DNA of 64,000 nucleotides from an uncultured Actinomycetota bacterium (GCA_963703545.1 CAVPES010000052.1:13995-77994), one strand, 5' to 3'. Shown: positions 16,022-28,045, numbered from the stretch's first letter. The notes: a model not told the origin generated them from the letters alone. Numbers and translations are program-made.

Positions 16022-16399
16022 GTGCCAACTATTCAGCAGTTGGTCCGTAAGGGTCGTTCGCCGAAGGTCACCAAGACCAAGGCGCCCGCCCTGAAGGGCA
16101 ACCCCCAGCAACGCGGCGTGTGCACCCGCGTTTACACCACGACTCCCAAGAAGCCGAACTCAGCGCTGCGCAAGGTCGCCCGTGTGAAGCTCTCGAACGG
16201 TACCGAGGTCACCGCCTACATTCCCGGTGAGGGCCACAACCTCCAGGAGCACTCGATGGTGCTCGTCCGTGGCGGCCGTGTCAAGGACCTGCCCGGTGTC
16301 CGTTACAAGATCGTCCGCGGCGCACTGGACACCCAGGCCGTCAAGAACCGCAAGCAGGCTCGCAGCCGTTACGGCGCCAAGCTGGAGAAGAAGAAGTAA
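16022..16399 (+). CDS. rpsL: 30S ribosomal protein S12
   Basis: GTG at 16022 is preceded by AAGGAG. The product starts [11 protein letters not shown]...[16 protein letters not shown]...[19 protein letters not shown]. Confidence 0.97.
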   Translation: MPTIQQLVRKGRSPKVTKTKAPALKGNPQQRGVCTRVYTTTPKKPNSALRKVARVKLSNGTEVTAYIPGEGHNLQEHSMVLVRGGRVKDLPGVRYKIVRGALDTQAVKNRKQARSRYGAKLEKKK

Positions 16400-16869
16400 T
16401 GCCTCGTAAAGGACCAGCTCCCAAGCGCCCCGTTGTCGCCGACCCGGTATACGGTGCCCCCATTGTCAGCCAGCTCGTGAACAAGATCCTGCTTGACGGC
16501 AAGAAGGGCCTTGCCGAGCGCATCGTCTACGGTGCCCTCGAGAGCGTTGCCGCCAAGAGCGGCCAGGATGCCGTCGTCGTTCTGAAGAAGGCTCTCGACA
16601 ACGTCCGCCCCACTCTTGAGGTTCGCTCGCGCCGCGTCGGCGGTTCCACGTACCAGGTTCCGGTCGAGGTCAAGCCGCACCGCGCCAACACCTTGGCGCT
16701 GCGCTGGCTCACCAGCTACGCCAAGGCGCGCCGCGAGAAGACCATGACCGAGCGCCTCACCAACGAGATCCTCGACGCATCCAACGGCCTCGGCGCCGCG
16801 GTGAAGCGCCGCGAGGACACGCACAAGATGGCCGAGTCGAACAAGGCATTCGCCCACTACCGCTGGTAG
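16399..16869 (+). CDS. rpsG: 30S ribosomal protein S7
   Basis: [19 protein letters not shown]... Its start overlaps the rpsL stop (TAATG). Confidence 0.97.
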   Translation: MPRKGPAPKRPVVADPVYGAPIVSQLVNKILLDGKKGLAERIVYGALESVAAKSGQDAVVVLKKALDNVRPTLEVRSRRVGGSTYQVPVEVKPHRANTLALRWLTSYAKARREKTMTERLTNEILDASNGLGAAVKRREDTHKMAESNKAFAHYRW

Positions 16870-16876
16870 CCGGCAG

Positions 16877-16915
16877 CTCGTCGGTCGGGAGACGCGTGTT
16901 CTCCCGACCGACGAG
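16877..16915 (+). terminator. Perfect 16-bp stem-loop between rpsG and fusA (terminator-like attenuator or RNA processing signal)
   Basis: CTCGTCGGTCGGGAGA-CGCGTGT-TCTCCCGACCGACGAG, starting 8 nt after the rpsG stop. Confidence 0.4.
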
Positions 16916-16962
16916 TCCATTCCTGTTCGAGAACCCAGAACCATAACTTTCGGAGGAAACCT

Positions 16963-19077
16963 GTGGCACAGGACGTGCTCACTGACCTGAACAAGGTCCG
17001 CAATATCGGCATCATGGCGCACATCGATGCAGGCAAGACCACCACGACCGAGCGCATCCTGTTCTACACGGGAATCACGCACAAGATCGGTGAGGTCCAC
17101 GACGGCGCCGCCACGATGGACTGGATGGCGCAGGAGCAGGAGCGCGGCATCACCATCACCTCCGCGGCGACTACCTGCTTCTGGAACAAGAACCAGATCA
17201 ACATCATCGATACCCCCGGCCACGTCGACTTCACCGTGGAGGTCGAGCGCTCCTTGCGCGTCCTCGACGGTGCCGTCGCCGTCTTCGACGGCAAGGAGGG
17301 CGTCGAGCCCCAGTCCGAGACGGTGTGGCGCCAGGCCGACAAGTACAACGTGCCCAGGATCTGCTTCGTCAACAAGATGGACAAGCTGGGTGCCGACTTC
17401 TACTTCACGGTCGACACGATCGTCAAGCGCCTCGGTGCGAAGCCGCTGGTGATCCAGCTGCCGATCGGCTTCGAGAACACCTTCGAAGGTGTCGTCGATC
17501 TGGTCGAGATGCGCGCGCTGACCTGGCGCGGTGACTCCAAGGGTGACGTGCAGATGGGCGCGAAGTACGAGATCGAGGAGATCCCTGCTGATCTCAGAGA
17601 GAAGGCCGACGAGTACCGCAAGATTCTGCTCGAGACCGTCGCCGAGACTGACGATGCTCTGCTCGAGAAGTACTTCGGCGGTGAGGAGCTGACCGTCGCA
17701 GAGATCAAGGCTGCCATCCGCAAGCTCACCGTCAACTCGGAGATCTACCCCGTGCTCTGCGGCTCGGCCTTCAAGAACCGCGGCGTGCAGCCGATGCTCG
17801 ACGCGGTGATCGACTACCTGCCCTCGCCGCTGGACGTGCCCGCGATCGAGGCGCACGACCCGCACGATCCCGAAAAGATCATCCTGCGTCACCCGGACGC
17901 CACCGAGCCGTTCTCGGCGCTCGCGTTCAAGGTCGCGGTGCACCCGTTCTTCGGTCGCCTCACCTATGTGCGCGTCTACTCCGGCCGCCTCGACAGCGGG
18001 GCCCAGGTGATCAACTCGACCAAGGGCAAGAAGGAGCGCATCGGCAAGATCTTCCAGATGCACGCCAACAAGGAGAACCCGGTCGACTCAGTCACCGCCG
18101 GGCACATCTACGCTGTCATCGGCCTCAAGGACACCACCACCGGCGACACCCTGTGCGACCCGCAGCATCAGGTCGTCCTGGAATCGATGACTTTCCCCGA
18201 GCCAGTGATCGAGGTCGCCATCGAGCCCAAGACCAAGGCCGACCAGGAGAAGCTCGGCACCGCGATCCAGAAGCTGGCCGAAGAAGACCCCACGTTCCGC
18301 ACCGAGCAGAACCAGGAGACCGGCCAGACGGTCATCAAGGGGATGGGCGAGCTGCACCTGGACATCCTGGTCGACCGAATGAAGCGTGAATTCAACGTCG
18401 AGGCGAACGTCGGCAAGCCGCAGGTCGCGTACCGGGAGACGATCAAGAAGGCCGTCGAGAAGTACGATTACACCCACAAGAAGCAGACCGGTGGTTCCGG
18501 GCAGTTCGCCAAGATTCAGATCACGATCGAGCCGATGGCGGTCACCCCGGAGACCTCGTACGAGTTCGTGAACGCCGTGACCGGTGGTCGTGTTCCCCGC
18601 GAGTACATCCCCTCGGTCGATGCCGGAATCCGCGACGCCATGCAGGTCGGCGTGCTGGCCGGCTATCCCACTGTTGGCGTCAAGGCCACTCTGGTCGATG
18701 GTGCCGCCCATGATGTCGATTCCTCGGAGATGGCCTTCAAGATCGCGGGATCCATCGCATACAAGGAAGCCGCCCGCAAGGCCAACCCCGTTCTGCTCGA
18801 GCCGCTGATGGCCGTCGAGGTGCGCACCCCTGAGGAATACATGGGTGACGTGATCGGTGACCTGAATTCGCGTCGCGGGCAGATCCAGTCCATGGAGGAT
18901 GCGACCGGCGTCAAGGTCGTTCGTGCCACCGTGCCGCTGTCCGAGATGTTCGGATACGTCGGTGACCTGAGGTCCAAGACTTCGGGCCGCGCCGTGTACT
19001 CGATGTCGTTCGACAGCTACGCCGAGGTCCCGAAGGCTGTTGCCGACGAGATCGTCCAGAAGGCCAAGGGCGAGTAG
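16963..19077 (+). CDS. fusA: Elongation factor G
   Basis: GTG start. The product starts [37 protein letters not shown]. 704 aa. Confidence 0.98.
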   Translation: MAQDVLTDLNKVRNIGIMAHIDAGKTTTTERILFYTGITHKIGEVHDGAATMDWMAQEQERGITITSAATTCFWNKNQINIIDTPGHVDFTVEVERSLRVLDGAVAVFDGKEGVEPQSETVWRQADKYNVPRICFVNKMDKLGADFYFTVDTIVKRLGAKPLVIQLPIGFENTFEGVVDLVEMRALTWRGDSKGDVQMGAKYEIEEIPADLREKADEYRKILLETVAETDDALLEKYFGGEELTVAEIKAAIRKLTVNSEIYPVLCGSAFKNRGVQPMLDAVIDYLPSPLDVPAIEAHDPHDPEKIILRHPDATEPFSALAFKVAVHPFFGRLTYVRVYSGRLDSGAQVINSTKGKKERIGKIFQMHANKENPVDSVTAGHIYAVIGLKDTTTGDTLCDPQHQVVLESMTFPEPVIEVAIEPKTKADQEKLGTAIQKLAEEDPTFRTEQNQETGQTVIKGMGELHLDILVDRMKREFNVEANVGKPQVAYRETIKKAVEKYDYTHKKQTGGSGQFAKIQITIEPMAVTPETSYEFVNAVTGGRVPREYIPSVDAGIRDAMQVGVLAGYPTVGVKATLVDGAAHDVDSSEMAFKIAGSIAYKEAARKANPVLLEPLMAVEVRTPEEYMGDVIGDLNSRRGQIQSMEDATGVKVVRATVPLSEMFGYVGDLRSKTSGRAVYSMSFDSYAEVPKAVADEIVQKAKGE

Positions 19078-19215
19078 GCCGACCCCATCGTGCCGGGATT
19101 GAGCCCGCGTAGCGACGCTCAGACTCAGCAGGTAACATGAATACACAAATCCCGTATCCCGCCGGACGCAAACCAGCGCCCGGTGGAGTTACACGAGTCC
19201 TGAGGAGGACCCACA

Positions 19216-20409
19216 GTGGCTAAGGCCAAGTTCGAGCGGACTAAGCCGCACGTAAACATCGGAACGATCGGTCACGTCGACCACGGAAAGACCACGCTCA
19301 CCGCGGCGATCTCCAAGGTTCTTGCCGACAAGTATCCGTCGCCCACCAACGTGCAGCGCGACTTCGCGTCCATCGACTCCGCTCCCGAGGAGCGCCAGCG
19401 TGGTATCACGATCAATATCTCCCACGTTGAGTACGAGACCCCCAAGCGCCACTACGCTCACGTCGACGCTCCCGGCCACGCCGACTACATCAAGAACATG
19501 ATCACCGGTGCCGCTCAGATGGACGGCGCGATCCTCGTGGTCGCCGCCACCGACGGCCCGATGGCTCAGACCCGCGAGCACGTTCTGCTGGCGAAGCAGG
19601 TCGGCGTCCCCTACCTGCTGGTCGCCTTGAACAAAGCCGACATGGTCGACGACGAGGAGATCCTCGAACTCGTCGAATTGGAGGTCCGCGAGCTGCTCTC
19701 CAGCCAGGGCTTCGACGGCGACAACGCTCCGGTTGTCCGCGTCTCCGGCCTCAAGGCCCTGGAGGGTGACCCGAAGTGGACCCAGTCCATCCTCGACCTG
19801 ATGGACGCCGTCGACGAGTCCGTGCCCGATCCGATCCGCGACAAGGACAAGCCGTTCCTGATGCCGATCGAGGATGTCTTCACGATCACCGGTCGCGGCA
19901 CCGTCGTCACCGGTCGCGCCGAGCGCGGTACCCTCTCCATCAACTCCGAGGTCGAGATCGTCGGAATCCGTCCGACGCAGAAGACCACGGTCACGGGTAT
20001 CGAAATGTTCCACAAGCAGCTCGACGAGGCATGGGCCGGCGAGAACTGTGGTCTGCTGCTGCGCGGCACCAAGCGTGATGACGTCGAGCGCGGTCAGGTT
20101 GTGGTCAAGCCCGGTTCGGTCACACCGCACACCGAGTTCGAGGGCAAGGCCTACATCCTCTCCAAGGAGGAGGGCGGCCGTCACAACCCCTTCTACACCA
20201 ACTACCGTCCGCAGTTCTACTTCCGCACCACGGACGTGACCGGCGTGATCACCCTCCCCGAGGGCACCGAGCTGGTGCTGCCCGGTGACACCATCAACCT
20301 GACTGTTGAGCTGATCCAGCCCATCGCGATGGAAGAGGGCCTCGGCTTCGCAATCCGTGAGGGCGGCCGCACCGTCGGTGCCGGTACCGTCACCAAGATC
20401 CTGAAGTAA
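19216..20409 (+). CDS. tuf: Elongation factor Tu
   Basis: GTG start preceded by GAGGAGG. The product starts [31 protein letters not shown]. 397 aa. Confidence 0.98.
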   Translation: MAKAKFERTKPHVNIGTIGHVDHGKTTLTAAISKVLADKYPSPTNVQRDFASIDSAPEERQRGITINISHVEYETPKRHYAHVDAPGHADYIKNMITGAAQMDGAILVVAATDGPMAQTREHVLLAKQVGVPYLLVALNKADMVDDEEILELVELEVRELLSSQGFDGDNAPVVRVSGLKALEGDPKWTQSILDLMDAVDESVPDPIRDKDKPFLMPIEDVFTITGRGTVVTGRAERGTLSINSEVEIVGIRPTQKTTVTGIEMFHKQLDEAWAGENCGLLLRGTKRDDVERGQVVVKPGSVTPHTEFEGKAYILSKEEGGRHNPFYTNYRPQFYFRTTDVTGVITLPEGTELVLPGDTINLTVELIQPIAMEEGLGFAIREGGRTVGAGTVTKILK

Positions 20410-20422
20410 CTCGTCTCGACGC

Positions 20423-20454
20423 AGAAGGGCCCGGAGCGCGCTCCGGGCCCTTCT
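20423..20454 (+). terminator. Stem-loop terminator after tuf
   Basis: AGAAGGGCCCGGAG-CGCG-CTCCGGGCCCTTCT, a 14-bp perfect stem, 14 nt after the tuf stop. Confidence 0.7.
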
Positions 20455-20460
20455 CCCGTC

Positions 20461-20550
20461 CCTCCCCCACCTGAGTTGCGCTCTTTCGTCCCAAAACAGG
20501 CCGAGGATTGCCCACCCAACCACATGAGTCCGCAACTCAGGTGGGGGAGG
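20461..20550. repeat. Palindromic intergenic repeat element, copy 1 (20-bp perfect inverted arms, 50-nt interior)
   Basis: The left arm CCTCCCCCACCTGAGTTGCG (20461-20480) is the exact reverse complement of CGCAACTCAGGTGGGGGAGG (20531-20550). The same arm core recurs at 50288-50375. Confidence 0.75.
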
Positions 20551-20898
20551 GTCGGAGCGCGACACGCCCGGGTTGCAGAAGGTCCCACGTTGTGGCAGAC
20601 TCTTCTAGTTCAATACTCTTCGCTTTCGGGCGTTGATCACTGCCAGGCAGTGCATAGATTTCACGTCTAGGCCGCGGGCAGCAGAACAGGTGCTGAACTG
20701 GACAGAGTCCAGTTCCCGGCACATCGCTAAATCGACACGCGGAACCCTGATAGGTGACGTGTGTGCCCGGCGGCACGACACGCCCGAGCGCGTGGGTCGA
20801 TTGAGCGCCTTTGACAGAAGAACAGTGGTGCGACAGCAGTAGCGCTACAAACGCGTCCCGGCCAGCCGGTCGGGCGCACAGAAGAGAGTGAGTCACAC

Positions 20899-21207
20899 AT
20901 GGCGGGACAGAAGATCCGCATTCGACTTAAGTCGTATGACCACGAGGTCATCGACAGCTCGGCGCGCAAGATCGTCGACACGGTCACCCGTGCGGGTGCC
21001 ACCGTCGTCGGCCCGGTGCCCCTGCCGACGGAGAAGAACGTGGTGGTCGTCATCCGTTCACCCCACAAGTACAAGGACAGCCGCGAGCAGTTCGAGAAGC
21101 GCACCCACAAGCGGCTGATCGACATCATCGACCCCACCCCGAAGGCCGTTGACTCGCTGATGCGGCTCGACCTTCCTGCCGATGTCAACATCGAGATCAA
21201 GCTCTAG
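20899..21207 (+). CDS. rpsJ: 30S ribosomal protein S10
   Basis: [26 protein letters not shown]... 102 aa. Confidence 0.97.
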   Translation: MAGQKIRIRLKSYDHEVIDSSARKIVDTVTRAGATVVGPVPLPTEKNVVVVIRSPHKYKDSREQFEKRTHKRLIDIIDPTPKAVDSLMRLDLPADVNIEIKL

Positions 21208-21215
21208 AGGAACGC

Positions 21216-21869
21216 ATGTCCACCACTAACAAGACAACCAAGGGTCTGCTCGGCAAGAAGCTGGGCATGACGCAGGTCTGGGACGAGAACAACAAGCTCG
21301 TGCCCGTCACCGTCGTCGAGATCACCCCCAACGTCGTCACCCAACTCCGCTCGGTCGAGGTCGACGGCTACAGCGCAGTCCAGATCGCCTACGGGCAGAT
21401 CGACCCGCGCAAGGTGAACAAGCCTGCGACCGGCCACTTCGACAAGGCCGGTGTCACTCCTCGCCGTCACCTGACCGAGGTCCGCACCGCCGATGCCGCC
21501 GACTACGCCGTCGGCCAGGAGCTCGCTGTCGATATCTTCCAGGCCGGCCAGCTGGTCGATGTTGTCGGCACCAGCAAGGGCAAGGGTTTCGCCGGGGTGA
21601 TGAAACGCCACAACTTCAAGGGCGTCTCCTCGAGCCACGGTTCGCACCGCAACCACCGCAAGCCGGGTTCCATCGGCGCATCCTCGACCCCCAGCCGCGT
21701 CTTCAAGGGCATGCGCATGGCCGGCCGCATGGGTGGCGAGCGGGTGACCGTGCAGAACCTCAAGGTTCATGCGGTAGACCTCGACAAGGGCCTGCTGCTG
21801 GTCAAGGGTGCCGTTCCCGGCGCCCGCGGCCGTATCGTTTTCGTCCGCAACGCAGTGAAGGGGGCGTAG
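21216..21869 (+). CDS. rplC: 50S ribosomal protein L3
   Basis: [27 protein letters not shown]. Position follows rpsJ. Confidence 0.96.
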   Translation: MSTTNKTTKGLLGKKLGMTQVWDENNKLVPVTVVEITPNVVTQLRSVEVDGYSAVQIAYGQIDPRKVNKPATGHFDKAGVTPRRHLTEVRTADAADYAVGQELAVDIFQAGQLVDVVGTSKGKGFAGVMKRHNFKGVSSSHGSHRNHRKPGSIGASSTPSRVFKGMRMAGRMGGERVTVQNLKVHAVDLDKGLLLVKGAVPGARGRIVFVRNAVKGA

Positions 21870-21872
21870 CAC

Positions 21873-22532
21873 ATGGCCACCGCAACCACTCTTGACATCA
21901 TCGATGTGACCGGCAAGAAGTCCGGCACCGCCGAACTTCCCGCTGAGATCTTCGATGTCCAGACCAACGTCCCGTTGATCCACCAGGTCGTCGTCGCTCA
22001 GCTGGCCGCCGCACGTCAGGGCACGCATGACACCAAGCGCCGTGGCGAGGTCTCCGGTGCCGGTCGCAAGCCGTTCAAGCAGAAGGGCACCGGTCGCGCT
22101 CGTCAGGGCTCGATTCGCGCTCCTCAGATGAGGGGCGGCGGCATTGTGCACGGACCCCACCCGCGTGACTACTCGCAGCGCACCCCCAAGAAGATGATCG
22201 CCGCTGCACTGCTCGGCGCCCTCTCGGACCGCGCTCGCGGCGGCCGTGTCCATGTCGTTGAGTCACTCGCGATCGGCGGCGTGCCTTCGACCAAGGCTGC
22301 CGTCGGCCTGCTTGACGGCATCGCGTCGTCCAAGCACGTGCTGGTCATTCTGGAGCGTGGCGACACCGCCAGCGTCAAGAGTGTGCGGAACCTGCCCACC
22401 GTGCACGTCCTGGCCTGGGACCAGCTCAACGCCTACGACGTTCTGGTCAGTGATGACATCGTCTTCACCAGGGCCGCTTTCGATGGTTTCGTTGCCGCCA
22501 AGGCTGCCAAGAAGAAGGAGCTCAGCGCATGA
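21873..22532 (+). CDS. rplD: 50S ribosomal protein L4
   Basis: [42 protein letters not shown]10-operon order. Confidence 0.96.
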   Translation: MATATTLDIIDVTGKKSGTAELPAEIFDVQTNVPLIHQVVVAQLAAARQGTHDTKRRGEVSGAGRKPFKQKGTGRARQGSIRAPQMRGGGIVHGPHPRDYSQRTPKKMIAAALLGALSDRARGGRVHVVESLAIGGVPSTKAAVGLLDGIASSKHVLVILERGDTASVKSVRNLPTVHVLAWDQLNAYDVLVSDDIVFTRAAFDGFVAAKAAKKKELSA

Positions 22533-22828
22533 CCGCCGTGAACAAGGACCCCCGCGACATCATCATCGCGCCGGTCGTCTCCGAGAAGAGCTACGGCCTG
22601 ATCGATCAGGGCAAGTACACCTTCATCGTCGATCCCCGCTCGAACAAGACTGAGATCAAGCTTGCGATCGAGAAGATCTTCGGAGTTCAGGTCGCGTCAG
22701 TCAACACCCTGAACAAGAAGGGCAAGACCAGCCGCACTCGCATCGGCACCGGCAAGCGCAAGGACACCAAGCGCGCCATCGTCACGCTGAAGTCCGGCTC
22801 CATCGACATCTTCACGGCCGTCGGCTAA
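22529..22828 (+). CDS. rplW: 50S ribosomal protein L23
   Basis: [47 protein letters not shown]. Confidence 0.96.
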   Translation: MTAVNKDPRDIIIAPVVSEKSYGLIDQGKYTFIVDPRSNKTEIKLAIEKIFGVQVASVNTLNKKGKTSRTRIGTGKRKDTKRAIVTLKSGSIDIFTAVG

Positions 22829-22856
22829 GCGGCGCGGATCACGAGGAACAAGACAC

Positions 22857-23696
22857 ATGGCTATTCGTAAGTACAACCCCACAACTCCTGGTCGTCGTGG
22901 GTCATCCGTTGCGGACTTCGCGGAGATCACCCGGTCGACACCGGAGAAGTCGCTGCTGCGCCCGCTGCCCAAAACGGGTGGACGCAACAACGCCGGACGC
23001 ATCACGACCCGGCACATCGGTGGTGGACACAAGCGCCAGTACCGCGTCATCGACTTCCGCCGCAACGACAAGGACGGCGTGAACGCCAAGGTCGCTCATA
23101 TCGAGTACGACCCCAACCGCACCGCCCGGATCGCGCTGCTGCACTATGTCGACGGCACCAAGCGGTACATCCTGGCTCCCAACAAGCTCGGTCAGGGCGA
23201 CATCATCGAGTCGGGTCCCGGCGCGGACATCAAGCCCGGCAACAACCTTCCGCTGAAGAACATCCCGGTCGGCACGGTCATCCACGCGATCGAGTTGAAG
23301 CCGGGCGGAGGAGCGAAGATCGCTCGTGCGGCCGGTTCCTCGGTCCGTCTCGTCGCCAAGGACGGGCCATACGCCCAGCTTCGGTTGCCTTCGGGCGAGA
23401 TCCGCAATGTCGATGCCCGCTGCCGTGCGACGGTTGGCGAGGTCGGCAACGCTGAGCAGTCGAACATCAACTGGGGCAAGGCGGGCCGAATGCGCTGGAA
23501 GGGCGTTCGCCCGACTGTCCGTGGTGTCGCCATGAACCCGGTCGACCACCCGCACGGTGGTGGTGAGGGCAAGACCTCCGGTGGCCGCCACCCGGTCAGC
23601 CCCTGGGGCCAGAAGGAAGGCCGCACTCGTCACGCCAACAAGGAAAGTGACAAGCTCATCGTTCGTCGGCGCAATGCCGGCAAGAAGCGCAAGTAG
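22857..23696 (+). CDS. rplB: 50S ribosomal protein L2
   Basis: [21 protein letters not shown]...[25 protein letters not shown]. Confidence 0.97.
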   Translation: MAIRKYNPTTPGRRGSSVADFAEITRSTPEKSLLRPLPKTGGRNNAGRITTRHIGGGHKRQYRVIDFRRNDKDGVNAKVAHIEYDPNRTARIALLHYVDGTKRYILAPNKLGQGDIIESGPGADIKPGNNLPLKNIPVGTVIHAIELKPGGGAKIARAAGSSVRLVAKDGPYAQLRLPSGEIRNVDARCRATVGEVGNAEQSNINWGKAGRMRWKGVRPTVRGVAMNPVDHPHGGGEGKTSGGRHPVSPWGQKEGRTRHANKESDKLIVRRRNAGKKRK

Positions 23697-23708
23697 GAGT
23701 TGTAGAAG

Positions 23709-23990
23709 ATGCCACGCAGTCTCAAGAAGGGCCCCTTCGTTGACGACCACCTGCTCCGCAAGGTCGTTGTCCAGAACGAGGCCAGCACGAAGAACGTGAT
23801 CAAGACCTGGTCGCGCCGCTCGATGATCATTCCTGCCATGCTCGGCCACACGATTGCGGTGCACGACGGCCGCAAGCACATCCCGGTCTTCGTGACCGAG
23901 AGCATGGTCGGGCACAAGCTCGGCGAGTTCGCCCCCACCCGCACCTTCCGTGGTCACGTGAAGGACGACAAGAAGGGTCGTCGCCGCTAA
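23709..23990 (+). CDS. rpsS: 30S ribosomal protein S19
   Basis: [19 protein letters not shown]...[35 protein letters not shown]. Confidence 0.97.
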   Translation: MPRSLKKGPFVDDHLLRKVVVQNEASTKNVIKTWSRRSMIIPAMLGHTIAVHDGRKHIPVFVTESMVGHKLGEFAPTRTFRGHVKDDKKGRRR

Positions 23991-24016
23991 CGCGGGGACG
24001 CTAAGGAGGAAGAGAA

Positions 24017-24412
24017 ATGGTGGAGTCCATCGCCCGCGTGCGACACATCCGCGTTACCCCTCAGAAGGCTCGTCGCGTCGTCGATCTGATCCGCGGCAAG
24101 CAGGCCACTGAGGCCCTGGCCATCCTGAAGTTCGCCCCACAGGGTGCGAGCGAGCCGGTGTACAAGCTGGTCGCTTCCGCGATCGCCAACGCGCGAGTCA
24201 AGGCCGATGCGAGCAACAGCTACCTGGACGAGCAGGATCTCTACATCGCCCGGGCATTCGTCGACGAGGGAACGACCCTGAAGCGGTTCCAGCCGCGTGC
24301 GCAGGGTCGCGCCTTCCAGATTCTGAAGCGCACCAGCCACATCACCATTGTGCTGGCTACGCCCGACCAGCTGGAGGCCGGCAAGGCCGCCAAGAAGGCG
24401 AGGACCAACTAA
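24017..24412 (+). CDS. rplV: 50S ribosomal protein L22
   Basis: [37 protein letters not shown]. Confidence 0.96.
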   Translation: MVESIARVRHIRVTPQKARRVVDLIRGKQATEALAILKFAPQGASEPVYKLVASAIANARVKADASNSYLDEQDLYIARAFVDEGTTLKRFQPRAQGRAFQILKRTSHITIVLATPDQLEAGKAAKKARTN

Positions 24413-25170
24413 TGGGTCAGAAGGTAAACCCCTACGGTTTCCGTCTGGGAATCACCACCGACCATGTGTCGCGGTGGTTCTCCGACAGCACCAAGCCCGG
24501 TCAGCGTTACAGCGACTTCGTCGCTGAGGACATCAAGATCCGCAGTCTGCTCTCCGCGTCGCTCGACCGCGCGGGTGTGGCACGGATCGAGATCGAGCGC
24601 ACACGTGATCGCGTCCGCGTCGACATCCACACCGCCCGTCCGGGCATCGTGATCGGTCGTCGTGGAGCCGAGGCCGAGCGGATCCGCTCCGACCTCGAGA
24701 AGCTCACCGGCAAGCAGATCCAGCTGAACATCCTCGAGGTCAAGAACCCCGAGGCTGAGGCTCAACTGGTCGCCCAGGGCATCGCCGAGCAGCTCTCCGC
24801 CCGAGTGGCGTTCCGCCGCGCGATGCGCAAGGGCATGCAGGGTGCGCAGCGTGCTGGCGCCAAGGGCGTGCGAATCCAGGTTTCCGGTCGTCTGGGCGGT
24901 GCCGAGATGAGTCGCTCCGAGTTCTATCGTGAAGGCCGGGTGCCGTTGCACACGCTCCGCGCGAACATCGACTACGGCTTCTATGAGGCCAAGACCACCT
25001 TCGGCCGCATCGGTGTGAAGGTCTGGATCTACAAGGGCGACATGACCAACAAGGAACTTGCTCGCGAGCAGGCCGGGCAGAAGACCGTCCGTCCCGAACG
25101 CAGTGACCGTCCCCGTCGCGGTGCGGCCCCCAGGGCCGAGGCACCCGTCGCAGCAGGAGTTGAGGCATAA
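24412..25170 (+). CDS. rpsC: 30S ribosomal protein S3 (with a basic/Ala-rich C-terminal tail)
   Basis: [18 protein letters not shown]...[31 protein letters not shown]. Confidence 0.97.
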   Translation: MGQKVNPYGFRLGITTDHVSRWFSDSTKPGQRYSDFVAEDIKIRSLLSASLDRAGVARIEIERTRDRVRVDIHTARPGIVIGRRGAEAERIRSDLEKLTGKQIQLNILEVKNPEAEAQLVAQGIAEQLSARVAFRRAMRKGMQGAQRAGAKGVRIQVSGRLGGAEMSRSEFYREGRVPLHTLRANIDYGFYEAKTTFGRIGVKVWIYKGDMTNKELAREQAGQKTVRPERSDRPRRGAAPRAEAPVAAGVEA

Positions 25171-25172
25171 CC

Positions 25173-25592
25173 ATGTTGATTCCACGCAAAGTCAAGCACC
25201 GCAAGCAGCATCACCCCGGCCGCACCGGCCACGCCACCGGCGGCACCGAGGTCAGCTTCGGTGAATACGGCATCCAGGCGCTCACCCCTGCATACGTGAC
25301 GAACCGGCAGATCGAGTCCGCGCGTATCGCCATCACCCGGCACATTCGTCGTGGTGGGAAGGTGTGGATCAACATCTACCCGGACCGTCCGCTGACCAAG
25401 AAGCCGGCCGAGACCCGAATGGGTTCCGGTAAGGGTTCGCCCGAGTGGTGGGTCGCCAACGTCAAGCCGGGCCGCGTGCTCTTCGAGCTCAGCGGCGTCA
25501 GTGAGCCGATCGCCCGCGAAGCGCTCACCCGTGCGATCCACAAGCTGCCCCTGAAGGCACGCATCATCAAGCGCGAGGAGGGCGACGCATAA
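25173..25592 (+). CDS. rplP: 50S ribosomal protein L16
   Basis: [19 protein letters not shown]...[25 protein letters not shown]. Confidence 0.97.
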   Translation: MLIPRKVKHRKQHHPGRTGHATGGTEVSFGEYGIQALTPAYVTNRQIESARIAITRHIRRGGKVWINIYPDRPLTKKPAETRMGSGKGSPEWWVANVKPGRVLFELSGVSEPIAREALTRAIHKLPLKARIIKREEGDA

Positions 25593-25921
25593 TGGCGATC
25601 GGTACGAAGGAACTCGCAACAGTCGAACTCGACACTTTCGAGCAGGAGCGACTCGTTGACGAGCTGAAGAAGGCCAAGGAAGAATTGTTCAACCTGCGCT
25701 TCCAGTCGGCTACGGGCCAGTTGGAGAACCACGGGCGTCTGCGCGCCGTCAAGCGTGACATCGCCCGCATCTACACGGTGATGCGGGAGCGTGAATTGGG
25801 CATTCGGGCTGTCCCGGTGGCCATCATCGCTCCCACCAAGGCAGAGAAGAAGACCAAGAAGGCTGAGAAGCCCGCCGCAGAGGCAGAATCCGCTGCGATC
25901 GAGACTGAGGAGGCCAAGTAA
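25592..25921 (+). CDS. rpmC: 50S ribosomal protein L29 with a ~35-aa Lys/Ala/Glu-rich C-terminal extension
   Basis: [43 protein letters not shown], followed by the tail [29 protein letters not shown]. Confidence 0.95.
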   Translation: MAIGTKELATVELDTFEQERLVDELKKAKEELFNLRFQSATGQLENHGRLRAVKRDIARIYTVMRERELGIRAVPVAIIAPTKAEKKTKKAEKPAAEAESAAIETEEAK

Positions 25922-26238
25922 TGGCTGCCGTTACCAATGACGCCGAGACTCACGCCTCCGCCTCGCACGATGTCAAGGATGTCGACGCTCGCGGATATCG
26001 CAAGTCCCGCCGTGGCTATGTCACCAGCGACAAGATGGACAAGACCATCGTCGTCGAGGTCGAGGACCGCGTGAAGCACCCGCTGTACGGCAAGGTCATC
26101 CGCCGGACCTCCAAGGTCAAAGCCCATGATGAAGCCAACAGCGCCGGGATCGGCGACCTGGTCCTGATCAGCGAAACCCGTCCGCTGAGCGCGACCAAGC
26201 GCTGGCGGCTCGTTGACATCCTAGAGAAGGCCAAGTAA
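25921..26238 (+). CDS. rpsQ: 30S ribosomal protein S17
   Basis: [41 protein letters not shown]. Confidence 0.96.
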   Translation: MAAVTNDAETHASASHDVKDVDARGYRKSRRGYVTSDKMDKTIVVEVEDRVKHPLYGKVIRRTSKVKAHDEANSAGIGDLVLISETRPLSATKRWRLVDILEKAK

Positions 26239-26607
26239 ATGCTGCAGCAGGAATCCCGCGTAAAAGTCGCCGACAACACCGGCGCAAAGGAGCTGCTCAC
26301 CATCCGCGTTCTCGGCGGCTCCGGCCGCCGCTATGCGGGTCTCGGTGATGTGATCGTCGCGACGGTCAAGGATGCGATCCCCGGCGGCAACGTCAAGAAG
26401 GGGGACGTCGTCAAGGCCGTCATCGTGCGCACCGTCAAGTCCACCCGTCGTGCAGACGGTTCGTACATCAAGTTCGATGAGAACGCCGCAGTGATCTTGA
26501 AGAATGATGGCGAGCCCCGCGGCACCCGCATCTTCGGGCCGGTCGGTCGCGAACTCCGCGACAAGAAGTTCATGAAGATCGTTTCGCTGGCACCGGAGGT
26601 TATCTGA
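26239..26607 (+). CDS. rplN: 50S ribosomal protein L14
   Basis: [27 protein letters not shown]. Confidence 0.97.
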   Translation: MLQQESRVKVADNTGAKELLTIRVLGGSGRRYAGLGDVIVATVKDAIPGGNVKKGDVVKAVIVRTVKSTRRADGSYIKFDENAAVILKNDGEPRGTRIFGPVGRELRDKKFMKIVSLAPEVI

Positions 26608-26609
26608 TC

Positions 26610-26969
26610 ATGGCCAACATCAGGAAGGGCGACCTCGTCCAGGTCATCGCGGGGGCAACTCAGGCTCGCGGCGGCGATCGCGGCAAGCAGGGTCGTGTCA
26701 TCGAAGTCCTCGTCGAGAAGAACCGCGTGATCGTCGAAGGCGTCAACTTCGTCACCAAGCACAGCAAGGTCGGACAGACCGAGCGGGGCACCAAGACGGG
26801 CGGCATCGAGACCATGGAAGCCCCCATCCACATCTCCAATGTCGCGCTCGTCGACCCGGAGACCAAGAAGCCGACCCGTGTCGGCTTCCGAACCGAGGTC
26901 GTCGTCAAGGACGGAGTCTCCAAGACCGTCCGCATCCGCTATGCCAAGAAGTCAGGTAAGGACCTGTAA
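26610..26969 (+). CDS. rplX: 50S ribosomal protein L24
   Basis: [15 protein letters not shown]...[13 protein letters not shown]. spc-operon order. Confidence 0.95.
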   Translation: MANIRKGDLVQVIAGATQARGGDRGKQGRVIEVLVEKNRVIVEGVNFVTKHSKVGQTERGTKTGGIETMEAPIHISNVALVDPETKKPTRVGFRTEVVVKDGVSKTVRIRYAKKSGKDL

Positions 26970-27556
26970 TGACTGACACCGCAACTGCCGCGCCGGCTGG
27001 CAAGATCCAGCCGCGCCTGAAGCAGAAGTACAAGAACGAGATCGCCGCGCAACTCATGAGCGACTTCGGGTTCACCAACGTCCACCAGGTCCCCGGACTG
27101 GTCAAGATCGTCGTGAACACCGGTGTCGGCGAGGCCGCCCGCGACAGCAAGGTGATCGAGGGTGCCATCAAGGACCTCACCGCGATCACCGGCCAGAAGC
27201 CGCAGGTCACCGCCGCTCGCAAGTCCATCGCCCAGTTCAAGCTGCGGGAGGGTCAGCCCATCGGCGCTCACGTGACGCTGCGCGGCGACCGTGCCTGGGA
27301 GTTCCTGGACCGCCTACTCAGCCTCGCACTGCCCCGAATCCGCGACTTCCGCGGACTCTCCGACCGGCAGTTCGACGGCAACGGCAACTACACCTTCGGT
27401 CTGACCGAGCAGTCGGTGTTCCACGAGATCGACCAGGACAAGATCGACCGCGTCCGCGGTTTCGACATCACCGTCGTCACCACCGCAAGCAATGATGACG
27501 AGGGTCGCGCACTGCTCAAGGCGCTGGGCTTCCCCTTCAAGTCAAGCGACAACTGA
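26969..27556 (+). CDS. rplE: 50S ribosomal protein L5
   Basis: [42 protein letters not shown]...[19 protein letters not shown]. Confidence 0.97.
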   Translation: MTDTATAAPAGKIQPRLKQKYKNEIAAQLMSDFGFTNVHQVPGLVKIVVNTGVGEAARDSKVIEGAIKDLTAITGQKPQVTAARKSIAQFKLREGQPIGAHVTLRGDRAWEFLDRLLSLALPRIRDFRGLSDRQFDGNGNYTFGLTEQSVFHEIDQDKIDRVRGFDITVVTTASNDDEGRALLKALGFPFKSSDN

Positions 27557-27640
27557 ACCCCGCCGCACCGCGGCACCGACAGCCAGGTCGGCTTCCTCGC
27601 ACAGGGACTCGAAACCAGCTGAGAAAAGGAAACAACAACC

Positions 27641-28039
27641 ATGACAATGACAGATCCGGTGGCAGACCTGCTCACCAGACTGCGTAACGCCAATTCGGCG
27701 TACCACGACAGCATCACGCTGCCGCATTCCAAGCTGAAGTCCCACATCGCTGAGATCCTGCAGGCTGAGGGCTACATCGGTGACTGGAAGATCGAGGATG
27801 CCGAGGTCGGCAAGAAACTGACGATCAACCTCAAGTACGGACCAAACCGGGAGCGGTCGATCGCCGGTCTCAAGCGGGTCTCCAAGCCGGGGCTGCGCGT
27901 TTACGCGAAGTCGACCGAGATCCCCACGGTGCTCGGCGGTCTTGGCGTGGCCATCCTGTCCACCTCCAGCGGCCTGCTCACGGACCGCCAGGCAGCCAAG
28001 AAGGGCGTAGGCGGAGAAGTCCTCGCCTACGTGTGGTAG
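27641..28039 (+). CDS. rpsH: 30S ribosomal protein S8
   Basis: [24 protein letters not shown]...GGEVLAYVW. Confidence 0.97.
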   Translation: MTMTDPVADLLTRLRNANSAYHDSITLPHSKLKSHIAEILQAEGYIGDWKIEDAEVGKKLTINLKYGPNRERSIAGLKRVSKPGLRVYAKSTEIPTVLGGLGVAILSTSSGLLTDRQAAKKGVGGEVLAYVW

Positions 28040-28045
28040 GTCACC

